Assembly (NCBI RefSeq): GCF_000143415.4
Contig: NW_003314382.1
Coordinates: 274,210-338,209, forward strand
Direction: 5' to 3'
From: Selaginella moellendorffii
Lineage: Eukaryota > Plantae > Lycopodiophyta
DNA length: 64,000 bases
In this document: one piece after another, positions 1 through 10,200 of the stretch
Layout of the letters: every line of letters begins with the position of its first letter
How positions within the stretch are numbered: the stretch's first letter is position 1
Position numbers and translations under genes: made by a program
Notes under the pieces: model-generated
Database searches by the model: none
Seen by the model: the letters and a program-made list of their open reading frames with translations, nothing else
Told to the model about the DNA's origin: nothing

Positions 1-1282
1 CCAACGTGCGCGTCTCGCGGCGAGAGATGCGGCGACTTGAGCGTTCGCGAATCCAGGTGGGTAGCAACCAACGATGCTGGCAAGTGTTGAGAAAATCGCC
101 AAAGATCTCATGGTAGAACTCCCGACCCAGGGAGTAGAAAGTTTCGAGCTTCTCATAAATACGATCCTCGATCGTCCTCGATCGAGCGAGCGTGTCTCCT
201 GGAGATTGATAATAGATTGTTTGGCATTGATGATCGAGAGGGAAAAATAGTGAAGTTGCAGAAACGGGAAAAAGTTCATCCAAAACGCTGTGCTTTGTGT
301 TCTTCTGTCAAGTTCCATCCATTTTCTTCTATCATCCTCGAATTTCCACCATAGCTGGTACGATTCTAGGTGCGCGATGTGATAACCATTTGATGTTTTT
401 TTTTTTTTTTTCGCGAAGAACTGGTGGAGCCCTGGCTGGGGCGAAGGAGAAAATTCCTCTCTGCTCGCGCGAGCTGGCTTTGTTCTTACACTTTCCTACT
501 CGCTTGGATCCAAGCGTAGCAACGAAAGCAAAGAGGAAAAACTAGAATTTTTTTCTGGGGTCCCCACGGGAGGAGCGCTTTGATGAGAATACATCATTGC
601 CAGCATAGGCGAAACGCATTCAAAGGACTTGTTTTTCTCCCTGCTCGCGAGCTCCTCGCGAGATTATTCCCGGGGAATATGCCCGGAGGGGAATATTTCA
701 AAGCATCGGCTCGGGCACACGAAAGAAATCATGGCCCTTGCTCGCCCAAAGGCTGCCAGTGACAAGGACACAATGCAAGGATCAAGACAAGCAATACCGC
801 CCAGCTACTGGAGATATAGGACTGAAAGAGAGCTAAGTTTCTTGGGTGTTTTTTAATCTGGTACTTTTTAAAAAAAAAAAATCAAAAAAGGTATTTTTGT
901 ACTTAAAAAGGTATTTTTTTCTATGCTTTTTTTTTTCTTCTTTCTTGATGGGCGTGGGACAAGATGGAACGGCGAAAGCAAACAAGCCGACGCCTTTGTT
1001 GTTTAGGAGAGGTGTCGCTTCCATCGTCTCTGTTTTGGCCACTGCGCCCGTGGACGATGGATGATCGAGTTTTCTATGGTCCCGGCCAAGCAAGAGAAGT
1101 TAAAGCGATCGATCTCTCTAGAGAAGCGAGCGAAAAGATCTTCCTTTCTCTAGCGTGTTCCAGAGATTGGTTGCTGTGAAACTTCTAACAAAATCTAGTT
1201 TTGCCGCTAGAACTAAGCTGATCTCACTAGACAAAATGCTGTGATCGATCTAAGTACTCACAGGGCAGAGAGGCTTCGATCG

Positions 1283-1645
1283 CTAAGCTGCCACAAGAAC
1301 TGGCGCGCTCTTCTTCATGGGAGTTTTCTCCTCCTGGAAATCCTCCTGCCAAAACAATCACACTCAGCGAAGGAAGCGCAAGAACAACACACTCGAATCG
1401 ACTTACCGCGTTGTAGATCACTCTGATGTAAAGCGAACAGCTTGGGCACCTCGCAAACTCCTCGCCGATCTTGAGCTCCGCCTAGAGAGAGAGCAAGGGT
1501 AAGCAACTGGAGGCGAGGCGATCGAGCGGGCGCCGCGCCTTACCTTTGTGATCTGGAAGAGATCGCCGCAAGGGCAGGGATAGGTGTAAGCCGTGAGCGA
1601 TTCGTTCCACTCCATGTCCTCGATCTCTACATCGTCGTAAGACAT
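1283..1645 (-). CDS. DPH3: Diphthamide biosynthesis protein 3 (DPH3/KTI11, CSL zinc finger), 3 exons
   Basis: Spliced reading MSYDDVEIEDMEWNESLTAYTYPCPCGDLFQITK|AELKIGEEFARCPSCSLYIRVIYNA|EDFQEEKTPMKKSAPVLVAA*. CPCG and CPSCSL motifs; GT-AG introns. Confidence 0.95.
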
Positions 1646-1704
1646 TGCGCCAAGAACCCTAAACTTTGGGAGGAGCCCTAATTTTTGAAAAGGAGAGTGA
1701 GAAA
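1646..1704. promoter_or_regulatory. Very short head-to-head intergenic segment between DPH3 and IFT54 with telo-box-like motifs
   Basis: 59 bp between the two ATGs; contains AACCCTAAA and GCCCTAAT. Confidence 0.55.
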
Positions 1705-3585
1705 ATGGAGGCCTACTGGATGACGACGCAGCGCTTCCTCCAGCACGGGATCGATCCAATCGTGAAGCGTCCAAAGCTCACGGAGGCGCTGCTAAAGCGC
1801 CCGCCATTTCGATTCCTCCACGACATCGTCTCTGAGGTTTGCGGCATTGTCTTCTCGGTTTTTCTTTTTTCTAGTTCTTTCTTTGGAGCAATAGAATTTC
1901 TTGGTTTCCAGGTTACGCGACGCACCGGGTTTGCAGAGGGACTCTTCGCAGCCGACGAGCTTGCTCCATTGGAGCTTAAGGTACTTTCTTTTGTATTTGT
2001 TTCCTCGCATTGTTCTTTGCATTGAAACCTCGCATTGTTCTTTGTCAAAATTCTAGGACAAGGACGCTAAGTTGCGTTATCTCACGAAGATCATCAACTG
2101 CGTTGGCCTTACGCTAAATGCGAACGTTCCAGTGCGTCCAGCCAAGGTATACCTTCGTTTTTTCTTTCGTTTCTTCCATCTTGGCCTCGAGATTTCTACT
2201 TGGCTTTCGTACAGATTCTGGCTGGGCTGGAACCCGAGCAAACCAACGTCTTCTTGCAGGCCAGTGAGAACTGTTGATGCTTTGGAAAAATATACTAAAA
2301 ACAAAATTCTATGAACAGATGCTGGCTCAAGCAGCCACTACAGACAGCCAAAAAGCTGCAAAAGCTGTCTACCGCTGTTTAGCTGGAGACTTTATGCCTT
2401 CATCCGATCATAGGTACCTCCTTGTGCAATGGTTTAGCTTTTTGATCGCGAAGTTACTTGCATTGCTTTACAGTGGACTCATATCTCGTGAAAGCGCCTC
2501 CTCGAGTCAGTCTGTATCATCCGAGAAGCTAAGGAGGTCCATCTACAGTCCTTCGCCCGACGCGGCAGAGCTTTCCAACAAGACGAGGACCCAGGAAGTG
2601 GCCACACCACCACAGCCTGTGGATGCCACCAAGGTACAAGTTATCTATTCGCCTGGGGCTGTGAACGAGCAAGAAGAGGATGCTGTAGTGGAGAGCATGG
2701 CTTCCACAGAGTTGGATCTCAGCCACCAAGGTCAGCTTCTTCTTTTTGTGGTTTTCTAGTCGCTCAAGGAAGTGTTTGTTGCAGCTCCGATACAAACTGA
2801 GGTTCACGGACTTGGGCAAATTCCAGGTAGAACCAGCGGGGCTCAAACATGGATGATAAAGATGATAATGTCTGTGATTCTCCTTTTTTATTTTTCTAGC
2901 TCGATAGAAAAAGTGTCTGATATTGTTCCCGCAGATAAGAAAAGCGTCCAGGATGAGGAATTGTCTGAAGTGTATACGGAGCCAAGTGGAACCAAGGTCG
3001 AGACGGACAGCAAACGCGACGAGGTGAGAGGTATCTTTTCGTTTCTATTCCTTCGGTACCAAGTACTCGTGCGTAGAACAGTTGCAAAAGTTACGAGAAA
3101 GCATTCAAGCTCTGTGCCAAGCTATAAGTCCTCTCGGAAAGTTTATAGACTATCTACAGGTAATTCTTTGTCATTTCAATGTTACAAAGCTTCTCACACA
3201 GTTTTCCAGGAAGACGCGGAAGCTATGGCCAAGGAGTACCAGTTCTGGATTATAGAACAACAAAAGCATGGTGCGGATCTCGAAAGGGAGCGATTGTAAG
3301 TAGTGTTTTTTCGAGCTCCAGTGTCAGGCAACATTGTCACCTTGTCATAGGCGCACGGATGAAGTTATTCAAGCCGAGTCTAGGAAGATACTCGATCTGG
3401 AGGAGCAGATCAAACGCCAAGAACAGCTCAACAATATAGCGAAAGCTGAGGTGCGCTCTTTCATGCTTATCTTTTCTCTGTTCTCAAGAAACTTTTTTAT
3501 GCCACAGATACTCAAAAACGACGAAACCGCCATGGCGTTACTCCAAGCAGCTTCAACAGCCAGGAGGTTAACCAGAGAGACGTGA
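1705..3585 (+). CDS. IFT54: Intraflagellar transport protein 54 (TRAF3IP1/MIP-T3), multi-exon
   Basis: N-terminal domain KRPKLTEALLKRPPFRFLHDIVSE|VTRRTGF...YLTKIINCVG...ILAGLEPEQTNVFLQ|MLAQAA. C-terminal coiled coil LQKLRESIQALCQAISPLGKFIDYLQ|EDAEAMAKEYQFW...ILKNDE. Exons can be joined in frame using one GC-AG intron. Confidence 0.9.
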
Positions 3586-3667
3586 CAAAGTTGTTTTGTT
3601 ATAGTGAATCCATGCTTCTTTTTGTTTTTTGAGTTGACTACTGTTCTAGGCTACTACACAGTGGAAA

Positions 3668-4447
3668 ATGATCCGAAAAGGCTACGTCTCCGTGAGCGAT
3701 GGCCAGATTCACTATCGCCGAGCAGATCCGGAAGGGAATTCTCTGGGAAGTTTTCTTCTTCTCCACCAGCATCCAAGCTCATCAAAGATGTGGGAGCCCG
3801 TCATGCCATTGCTGGCAAGTCGAGGATACCAAGCAGTGGCGATAGACATACCAGGCTATGGCGAGTCCTTCCACTGCGAAGTCAGCCTCGAGACCATCGC
3901 AAGGTACGTCTTTGAAGCGATTCCCTTGCTAACTCTCTCGGAGCCAAGCATTGTCGTGGGTCATCACATTGGAGCAGCCGTAGCTATGCAGCTTGCGGTG
4001 GATTTCCCGGAGAGTGTGAAGAAGCTGGCACTGTGGGGGGTCCCGATTCTAGACGAGAGCGTGAAGAAGTTCGTGCCGGAAGCTCCAGACTTCGAGGACG
4101 AGGATCTCAAAGCCGTGATAAAGTTCTGGAAGATCAGGAACAAGGTGCCGGGAAAGCCAGGCTACAAAATGCCGCCTCACGCTCGAGCTTCGAGGCTGCT
4201 GGAGATGCTCCAGAGCAATCCCAGGGCGCGGGAGCTCCCTCTTCTTCTCAAAGTCGAGAGCTTGGTGGACAGAATCACGCAGCCGACGCTTTGCATGTGT
4301 GGCGACCACGAGCTTCTCAAAGATGCTACCATCAAAACGTCCAAAGAGTTTCGCAATGGAGAGCTTTGCTTCATCCAGGACGGTGGAATGGACGTCCAGA
4401 TCGAGCTCCCGGAAGAATTCGCGAGCGCTCTCGTCGGGTTTGCGTGA
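3668..4447 (+). CDS. Intronless alpha/beta-hydrolase-fold protein with non-canonical nucleophile elbow (GHHIG)
   Basis: 259-aa ORF: GQIHYR, LLLHQHPSSS, AIDIPGYGES, VVGHHIGAAVA, ITQPTLCMCG, PEEFASAL. Confidence 0.85.
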   Translation: MIRKGYVSVSDGQIHYRRADPEGNSLGSFLLLHQHPSSSKMWEPVMPLLASRGYQAVAIDIPGYGESFHCEVSLETIARYVFEAIPLLTLSEPSIVVGHHIGAAVAMQLAVDFPESVKKLALWGVPILDESVKKFVPEAPDFEDEDLKAVIKFWKIRNKVPGKPGYKMPPHARASRLLEMLQSNPRARELPLLLKVESLVDRITQPTLCMCGDHELLKDATIKTSKEFRNGELCFIQDGGMDVQIELPEEFASALVGFA

Positions 4448-4533
4448 AAGCTCTCGCTTTTCTTCTTTATGAATGAAAGAATCGTCTCTATGTACACACC
4501 GATCAATAGCTATGAACGAGCAGCCGCGTCGCT

Positions 4534-6606
4534 CTAGGTGGCGCAAGCGATCTCGACGTGATCGTCCTCTTTTCTCGAGACTTGCTCTCTCTGGATTGAT
4601 TTTCTATCCCTGTAGAGCGACTCGACTGCTTCCAGATACTCCACCACCACGGTGTCTGTCCATGGATTTCTAAACGGGGCGTTTTGGCCTGCGACCCAGC
4701 CAAGGTGGCCTCCTTTCGGTGTCACCACGAGCAAACAATTCCGATTCTCCTGGACAAGGAACTCGTTTGAAAAACATTGCTTTCCTTCCACGAGTAAAGC
4801 TCGTACCTTGATTGCTGCACGAGGAATGGCTCGGTTTGGAGCAATAGGATCGTTGGCAGCCTGGAATGGAAGAGTTTTACGAGATTGTCTAGAAACAAAA
4901 ATGAAAGGAACAAGACCTGGATGCAAAACAATGGGACTTTGACGTGCTCGATAGATTTCGAGCTGCTGGCATCGGCATAGTATTCATCCACTGACCTGTA
5001 GCCGAACGAAACTATGAAAGCCAAAACACACAGTTTAAGTTCAAGTTTTTACTAAGTACTCGTTACCTCGAGTTAATCCTTCGTCAAACTGTCTCACGGT
5101 TTTTGCATTGGCAGCCAGAGGAATGTTGTATTCACCACCGATCTCTTCAAACAAGGCCGCGTGCCTGCAATGCGAATTACAGACAACGACGAAGGAAACT
5201 CAACGCTCGTGTGACTTTACTTTCTAAAGATTGTCCGAAGGCTCGTTGCGAGGCTCTTGTCGTAGATGTTGTTGAAACCTTTGCGAAAGTCCTCGTCTGC
5301 AACCACAAGATCAAAAGGATTGCACAGGGACACTGCGCCACTGAGTATACAATTTTCTCCCTCCTGCCAATTACAAACCAAGTCGTGTAAACCAAGTCGG
5401 AAAGTTTGTGCTTGACGACACGAACCTGGCCGAGATAACGCACTAAAATGTTGGCCCCCAGCGACCATCCGACCGCATAGATCCTCGACTCGGGGAAACG
5501 ATACGCCACAAATCTCACGACTTGTCTCAAATCTTCTGTGAAAGAAGCTGAGTAGAACTACGAACGAAAGAGAAGAAGAATCAAATAACCACAAAGGCAT
5601 TTCGTTCCTCTTTGGTACCTTTGGAGACGTAACTGGACTGTCACTACAGCCACGGCTGTTGAATACCACCGTGTGCCATCCAATGTTTCGAACTCTTGAA
5701 ACCAAGTATTTCACGTACGAGTCATGGCTTCCTCCAGTTAGTCCTGGCTGAGGAGAGCAAAGAAGTCCGTGAGAACACGAAGAAATACGTAGCAAACTCT
5801 TGAAGAAAAAACATAGAACTCCAAGGAAAAAACTAACGAAGAACTACGTGATTCTCGAAGAAACAACGAAGAACTCTTATCGAGAACACGAAGAACGAGA
5901 AAAACTACTTGGCAAACTCTAGAAAGAACGAAGAACTACGTGGCTCTCGAAGAAACAACGAGAAAAACTACTTGGCAAGCTCGACGTGGTTCTCGAAGAA
6001 ACAACGAAGAACTCTTCTCGAGAACGATGGAAAAGAAAGAGCTCCAACCATGCAAAGCATGCAAGAAAAGAAGGAAAAAACTATAACTCTACGAGAGAGA
6101 AGTGTTCTTACCAGGAAGAGGAGAACTGGAGCATCGGATGGAAGCTTTTCTCTCCACTTGGCGGCGTCGCGATCCTCGCCCATGACCGGCCAGTCCAGCG
6201 CCACAGTGCCGCCATCGATCATCCGCAAGCACTCCCTCCGGAACCTCATCTTGGGCCGATGGCGGTATAATGCCGCGAAGACGGTCTCCACATGCCGGTT
6301 GCTGCCAATCACCGGGAACGCGCGGTACTTGCCCCTCTTCACCGTGGGCATGTTGTGGAGGATCTCGCTGCGCAGCTCCCCATCCCCGGAAACAATCTCC
6401 AGATCGTCCCTGGGCGCCATGAACAGCGTCCGCAATGGCTGCCGCCCTACGCCCCCGCGGCGCCCCCGCGAGAAAAGAACGATCGAAATCCGGGAGCCAA
6501 GGAAGGAATCCGCGGAGGAATGGAATGGTGGAGCCCTAGCGCTGCTTAGATTCCTGGGCAGCGAAGAACACGCCAGAGAAGCGAATCCCCGCGAATATGC
6601 CTCCAT
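4534..6606 (-). CDS. ABHD1/2/3-family alpha/beta hydrolase (embryogenesis-associated EMB8-like), multi-exon
   Basis: NRHVET, DGGTVALDW, PGLTGGS, VVFNSRGC, GWSLG (Ser), ANDP (Asp), GGHLGW (His); short GT-AG introns. Start taken as MEAYSRGF (transit-peptide-like). Confidence 0.9.
5765..6030. repeat. Degenerate minisatellite inside intron 1 (5748-6111) of the EMB8-like gene
   Basis: Recurring blocks CTCGAAGAAACAACG, AACGAAGAACT, AAAACTACTTGGCAA, GAGAACACGAAGAA. Confidence 0.75.
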
Positions 6607-6811
6607 CCTTCCTTCCCCTAGTGCTAGCACGCCTGGCATCAACCAAAACCAATGTACCGCGCGGCATTTATCCCCGCGGTCCATCGAGCCGCGCGGTAGT
6701 TAGTCCGTGACGCGCGGCAATTTTCTCGGACGGTAGACCGAGCCGGGCGGTATGTATTCGCGACGCGCGGCACATATAGGGTGTGACGCGCGGCATATAT
6801 CCTAGCATTAC

Positions 6812-8434
6812 ATGTGGTGGGAATGGGTCACAAGGATCAAGTCGTGCGGTAGCGATCTCCGCAAGCTCAGAGCCATCGATTCCCATCTCCGCGCGAGCCC
6901 CTTTGCGAGCGACTCCAGGATCTTGGGCCCTTTGATCGACGCGTATGGAAAATGTCGGTGTGTGGAGGATGCCCGCGCGGTGTTTGATCGGATTCCAGAG
7001 CCGGAGCCCAGCGCCAGGAAGTGTCTGTTTCAATCGTATGCGCTCAATGGGTATGCGCGAGAGGCGAAGAAGATGTTCGATTCGATGCCGGAGAGGAGTT
7101 CTTCTTGCTGGATCTCGCTGGTTCAAGCATTTACCAAGAGCGGGCATTCTAAGTTGGCGAAAGCCGCGTTTGAGAGGATGGCGTATCACAGCGTCATAGC
7201 TTCGACGGCAATGTTAGTGGCTTCCACTCAAATGGGAGACTTCCAAAACTCCAGGAGAGTTTTCGAGTTGATGCGGCTGAGAGACGTCGTGTGCTGGACT
7301 GCGCTGCTTCAAGCACATACCCGATGCGGGCATCTTGACGCCTCCTGCGAGTTCTTCGATCGAATGCCGCAGCGGAACTTCTTCTCCTGGACTGTGATGG
7401 TGAAGGCATTTGCACTAGCGAGACACATCGAACACGCGAAATCGTTCTTCGATCAAATGCCGGAGCGAGATCTCATGTGCTGGAACGTCCTACTGCTCGC
7501 ATTTGCCGAGCGGCGGCACCTTGAAGAAGCTCGCGAGATGTTCCAGCGGCTTCCACGCACTGATCTCGTCTCCTGGAACTGCCTCATCCAAGCCCTTGTC
7601 GAGTCGGGGAACCGAGCCGAGGCCCGCCACCTTTTCGACACACTCCCAGAGCACAACGTCGTCTCGTATAGCCTCCTCGTCCTGGCCCATGCACACGCAA
7701 AGGAACTCGACCAGGCCAAGGTGGTCTTCGACGCTATGCCCGAGAAGGACGTGGTTGCCAAGACGGCCATGGTACAGGCCTATGCCAAGCAAGGCCAAAT
7801 GCTGCAAGCCACGGAAGTCTTCCACACCATCCCGGTTCGCGACCGCGATGACAAATGCTCCACGACGATGGTGGTGGCGTACGCCGAGAACGGGCAGCTC
7901 CAAGAAGCCCAGGCGGTGTTTGACGAGAGCCCCCAATCGCCCAACGTGATCGGCTGGACAGCGCTGATAGCCGGGTATGCCCAAGTCGGGCATATCGACA
8001 AGGCCGTGAATCTCTTCCGGGCTATGGAGCTCGACGGCCAGGACCCCGACGAGTTTGCTCTGTCCGCCATCCTGGCCGCGTGTAGCCGAGGTGGGAAGGT
8101 CCGAGAGAGCCTCGAGAACTTCTGGTCCATGAATTATGATCGAGGGATGGAGCCGGCGCTGGAGCACTACAAGTGCATGGTGGATGTTTTAGCTCGGTCC
8201 GGGCAGCTGCGAGAGGCCGAGGATCTCATCCAGAGCATGCCAGTTCTTCCGGATCATATCACCTGGAAGACGCTCCTGGGTGGCTGCTCGACTCACGGGG
8301 ATTTGTCCCGCGGAGAGAAAGCCGCCACTGAGGTGCTTGAGCTCAACCAGAAGAAGGCCGGGACGTACGTCCTGCTCTCCAACATGCTAGCGATCAAGGA
8401 GCGGCAGCAGCGGCATCTGGAGATCATGGCATGA
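6812..8434 (+). CDS. PLS-class pentatricopeptide repeat protein with E-type C-terminus, no DYW
   Basis: 540-aa intronless ORF; repeated FDxMPERDVVxW motifs; ILAACSRGG...HYKCMVDVLARSGQL...W+TLLGGC...YVLLSN. Confidence 0.92.
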   Translation: MWWEWVTRIKSCGSDLRKLRAIDSHLRASPFASDSRILGPLIDAYGKCRCVEDARAVFDRIPEPEPSARKCLFQSYALNGYAREAKKMFDSMPERSSSCWISLVQAFTKSGHSKLAKAAFERMAYHSVIASTAMLVASTQMGDFQNSRRVFELMRLRDVVCWTALLQAHTRCGHLDASCEFFDRMPQRNFFSWTVMVKAFALARHIEHAKSFFDQMPERDLMCWNVLLLAFAERRHLEEAREMFQRLPRTDLVSWNCLIQALVESGNRAEARHLFDTLPEHNVVSYSLLVLAHAHAKELDQAKVVFDAMPEKDVVAKTAMVQAYAKQGQMLQATEVFHTIPVRDRDDKCSTTMVVAYAENGQLQEAQAVFDESPQSPNVIGWTALIAGYAQVGHIDKAVNLFRAMELDGQDPDEFALSAILAACSRGGKVRESLENFWSMNYDRGMEPALEHYKCMVDVLARSGQLREAEDLIQSMPVLPDHITWKTLLGGCSTHGDLSRGEKAATEVLELNQKKAGTYVLLSNMLAIKERQQRHLEIMA

Positions 8435-8932
8435 CAGACGCTCTTAAAAGTCCTGGCATTGGTACGAGAGGATGTTCAGATGCTCGGACTTTCAGCCAAG
8501 GATAAGATGTCCTGACCTCCTTCACGAGCTTGGAGCAGACTCCTCCGTCCACAGAGTAAAATCTTGACTCTTGGAAGCGACGAGAAAGGCACGTCTCTTC
8601 AGGCGCCTGGAACTACTTTCGTGGCGTTGCTCAGCTGCCAGAGCACTAGTAGAGAGGACTACCCCAGCACTTTGTCAAACGATTCGGGGCTTGGACCTTG
8701 CTGACGTAGAACGAGGAGATGACGCTGCAAAGCAGTGCAGCCGATCATTGTAGAGAACGAAACCAGCTCAAAAGACTCACACGGAGCACCTTATCCTTTG
8801 CTGTCCCAGGCCCGAGAACGTCACCAGTGATTGGACAGGGGCCACGAAAACAAAGTGCCTGAAGAACGACAGAGCCGGACGAAGTTAAAGTGGAAGAAAT
8901 CACAAGCACGGTTGAGCCACCATACCATACTG

Positions 8933-9893
8933 TCACTCTTTGAGCTCCCAGCCTCTTACATTGTCCCCGGGGTCGTAGTTCGTGTAGAGCTTAAACTCGT
9001 TCCCGAGCTTGTGCTTGTGAGCCGGCCTGAAGCCGCACGGCTGTACTCCCAGGAGGAAGAAAGCCCGTTCTTGCTGCACCGATCCTGAGCACCCAAATAC
9101 ACCGAATGAGCCCAGGACGCGAGTACACGAAAAGCAAAAGTCCCATCTCATGGGGGTGACGAAGCTTGCATCAAACCTGTCAACAAGAGGACTGGACTTT
9201 TCTGATGGTCCTCGGACAGGAACTGCACTGCCCGGGTGGTCTTCTCAAGGCACTCCTCGCTCTGCAAAAGAAAAAGGTTAAAGAGCAACAACGTTGAGGT
9301 GATGGTCACTCTAGCTCCATCCATTTCTGTCTCTTTTTCTCTCTCTCTCTCGCTTTTTCTTACAAGGTAGGGAGGATCAGCAGCGACGACGTAGAAACGG
9401 TGCTCGAAATGTCTAGGCAAATCCTCCGGATGGTTGTAGTCGTAGTAAGTGAAGTCACTGCCATGACGAGCGAAACGACGATCGTATTCGAAGAGATGCG
9501 CTCTAATGCCTGGATAGATCTTCTGCGCACATCGATCCAGCACAGCTGAGCGTAGAAAAACACAAAAGAGAACAAAAGAACAACAAGGAAAAAACAAACA
9601 GAGCGTTTCAATCTCCTCGAACTTCGTACCTTGAGCATCGTATAGAGCGACGGGCATGCGATGCACGCTACCGAGCGCTCTGGCGCATCGCCAATCACCC
9701 TAACGACCTCCTCGGCCACGATCCGAGCGGTAAAATCATCGTACCAGAACTGGCTCAAGCCCCAATCCTCGCCAACGCTACCCTCGCCGCCGTCGCCAGC
9801 ACCGCCGCAATCCCTCTCCCGCATGAAATCCCGCAAAGCCTCCAGCGCGTGGGCGCTGAGCGCCGGAGGAGAATCGTCCTCCACCCCCGCCAT
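8933..9893 (-). CDS. EEF1AKMT1: eEF1A lysine methyltransferase 1 (N6AMT2/Efm5 family), multi-exon
   Basis: LSAHALEALRDF, EDWGLSQFWYD, IACPSLY, LFEYDRRF, YDYNHP, ADPPYL|SEECL, LLLTG, FRPAHKHKLGNEFKLYTNY. Confidence 0.92.
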
Positions 9894-10200
9894 AAACCCT
9901 AAAATGCCCCACGCTTAGAGAATATTCCCCAATTTAAAATGGCCAGCCCTAACCCTAACCGCGGAGTTTTTATCGCATTTAGGTGGGGGTCGGCTGACGT
10001 GGACGAGGCAAGAACAACGAAGAGGGATCTCCATTCCTTCCAGGAAGAAAGACTTCTTCTTCTCTATCTCTCTCTCTCTCTCTCTCTCTCGCTCGCTCTC
10101 GCTCGCAGCTCCAATCTTCCTCCCCAATTACAATTCCGCGAGGAGGAGCAATGATCTCATAGATTTCCCCTCACTTCCTCTCTCGCGAGTCGCGCCTACC
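9894..10200. promoter_or_regulatory. Divergent promoter between EEF1AKMT1 and MAPKK with telo-boxes and a CT microsatellite
   Basis: AAACCCTAA at ~9894, CCCTAACCCTAACC at ~9947, TGACGTGG at ~9995, (CT)n at ~10068-10090. Confidence 0.55.

Noticed and set aside
1-111. Minus-strand frame MRSLAIFSTLASIVGCYPPGFANAQ.. running off the window edge
   Set aside because: May be a gene start, but 37 codons with no recognisable motif is not enough to call.
3668-6606. Two adjacent alpha/beta hydrolases as a tandem duplication
   Set aside because: Different families, motifs and intron structure; no visible sequence similarity.
7490-8167. Long antisense ORFs over PPR genes (also 14738-15418 and 16586-17248)
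   Set aside because: Shadow frames of GC-rich coding sequence.
1283-9893. DPH3 and EEF1AKMT1 as an elongation-factor modification cluster
   Set aside because: Four unrelated genes intervene; no shared elements beyond common telo-boxes; probably chance.
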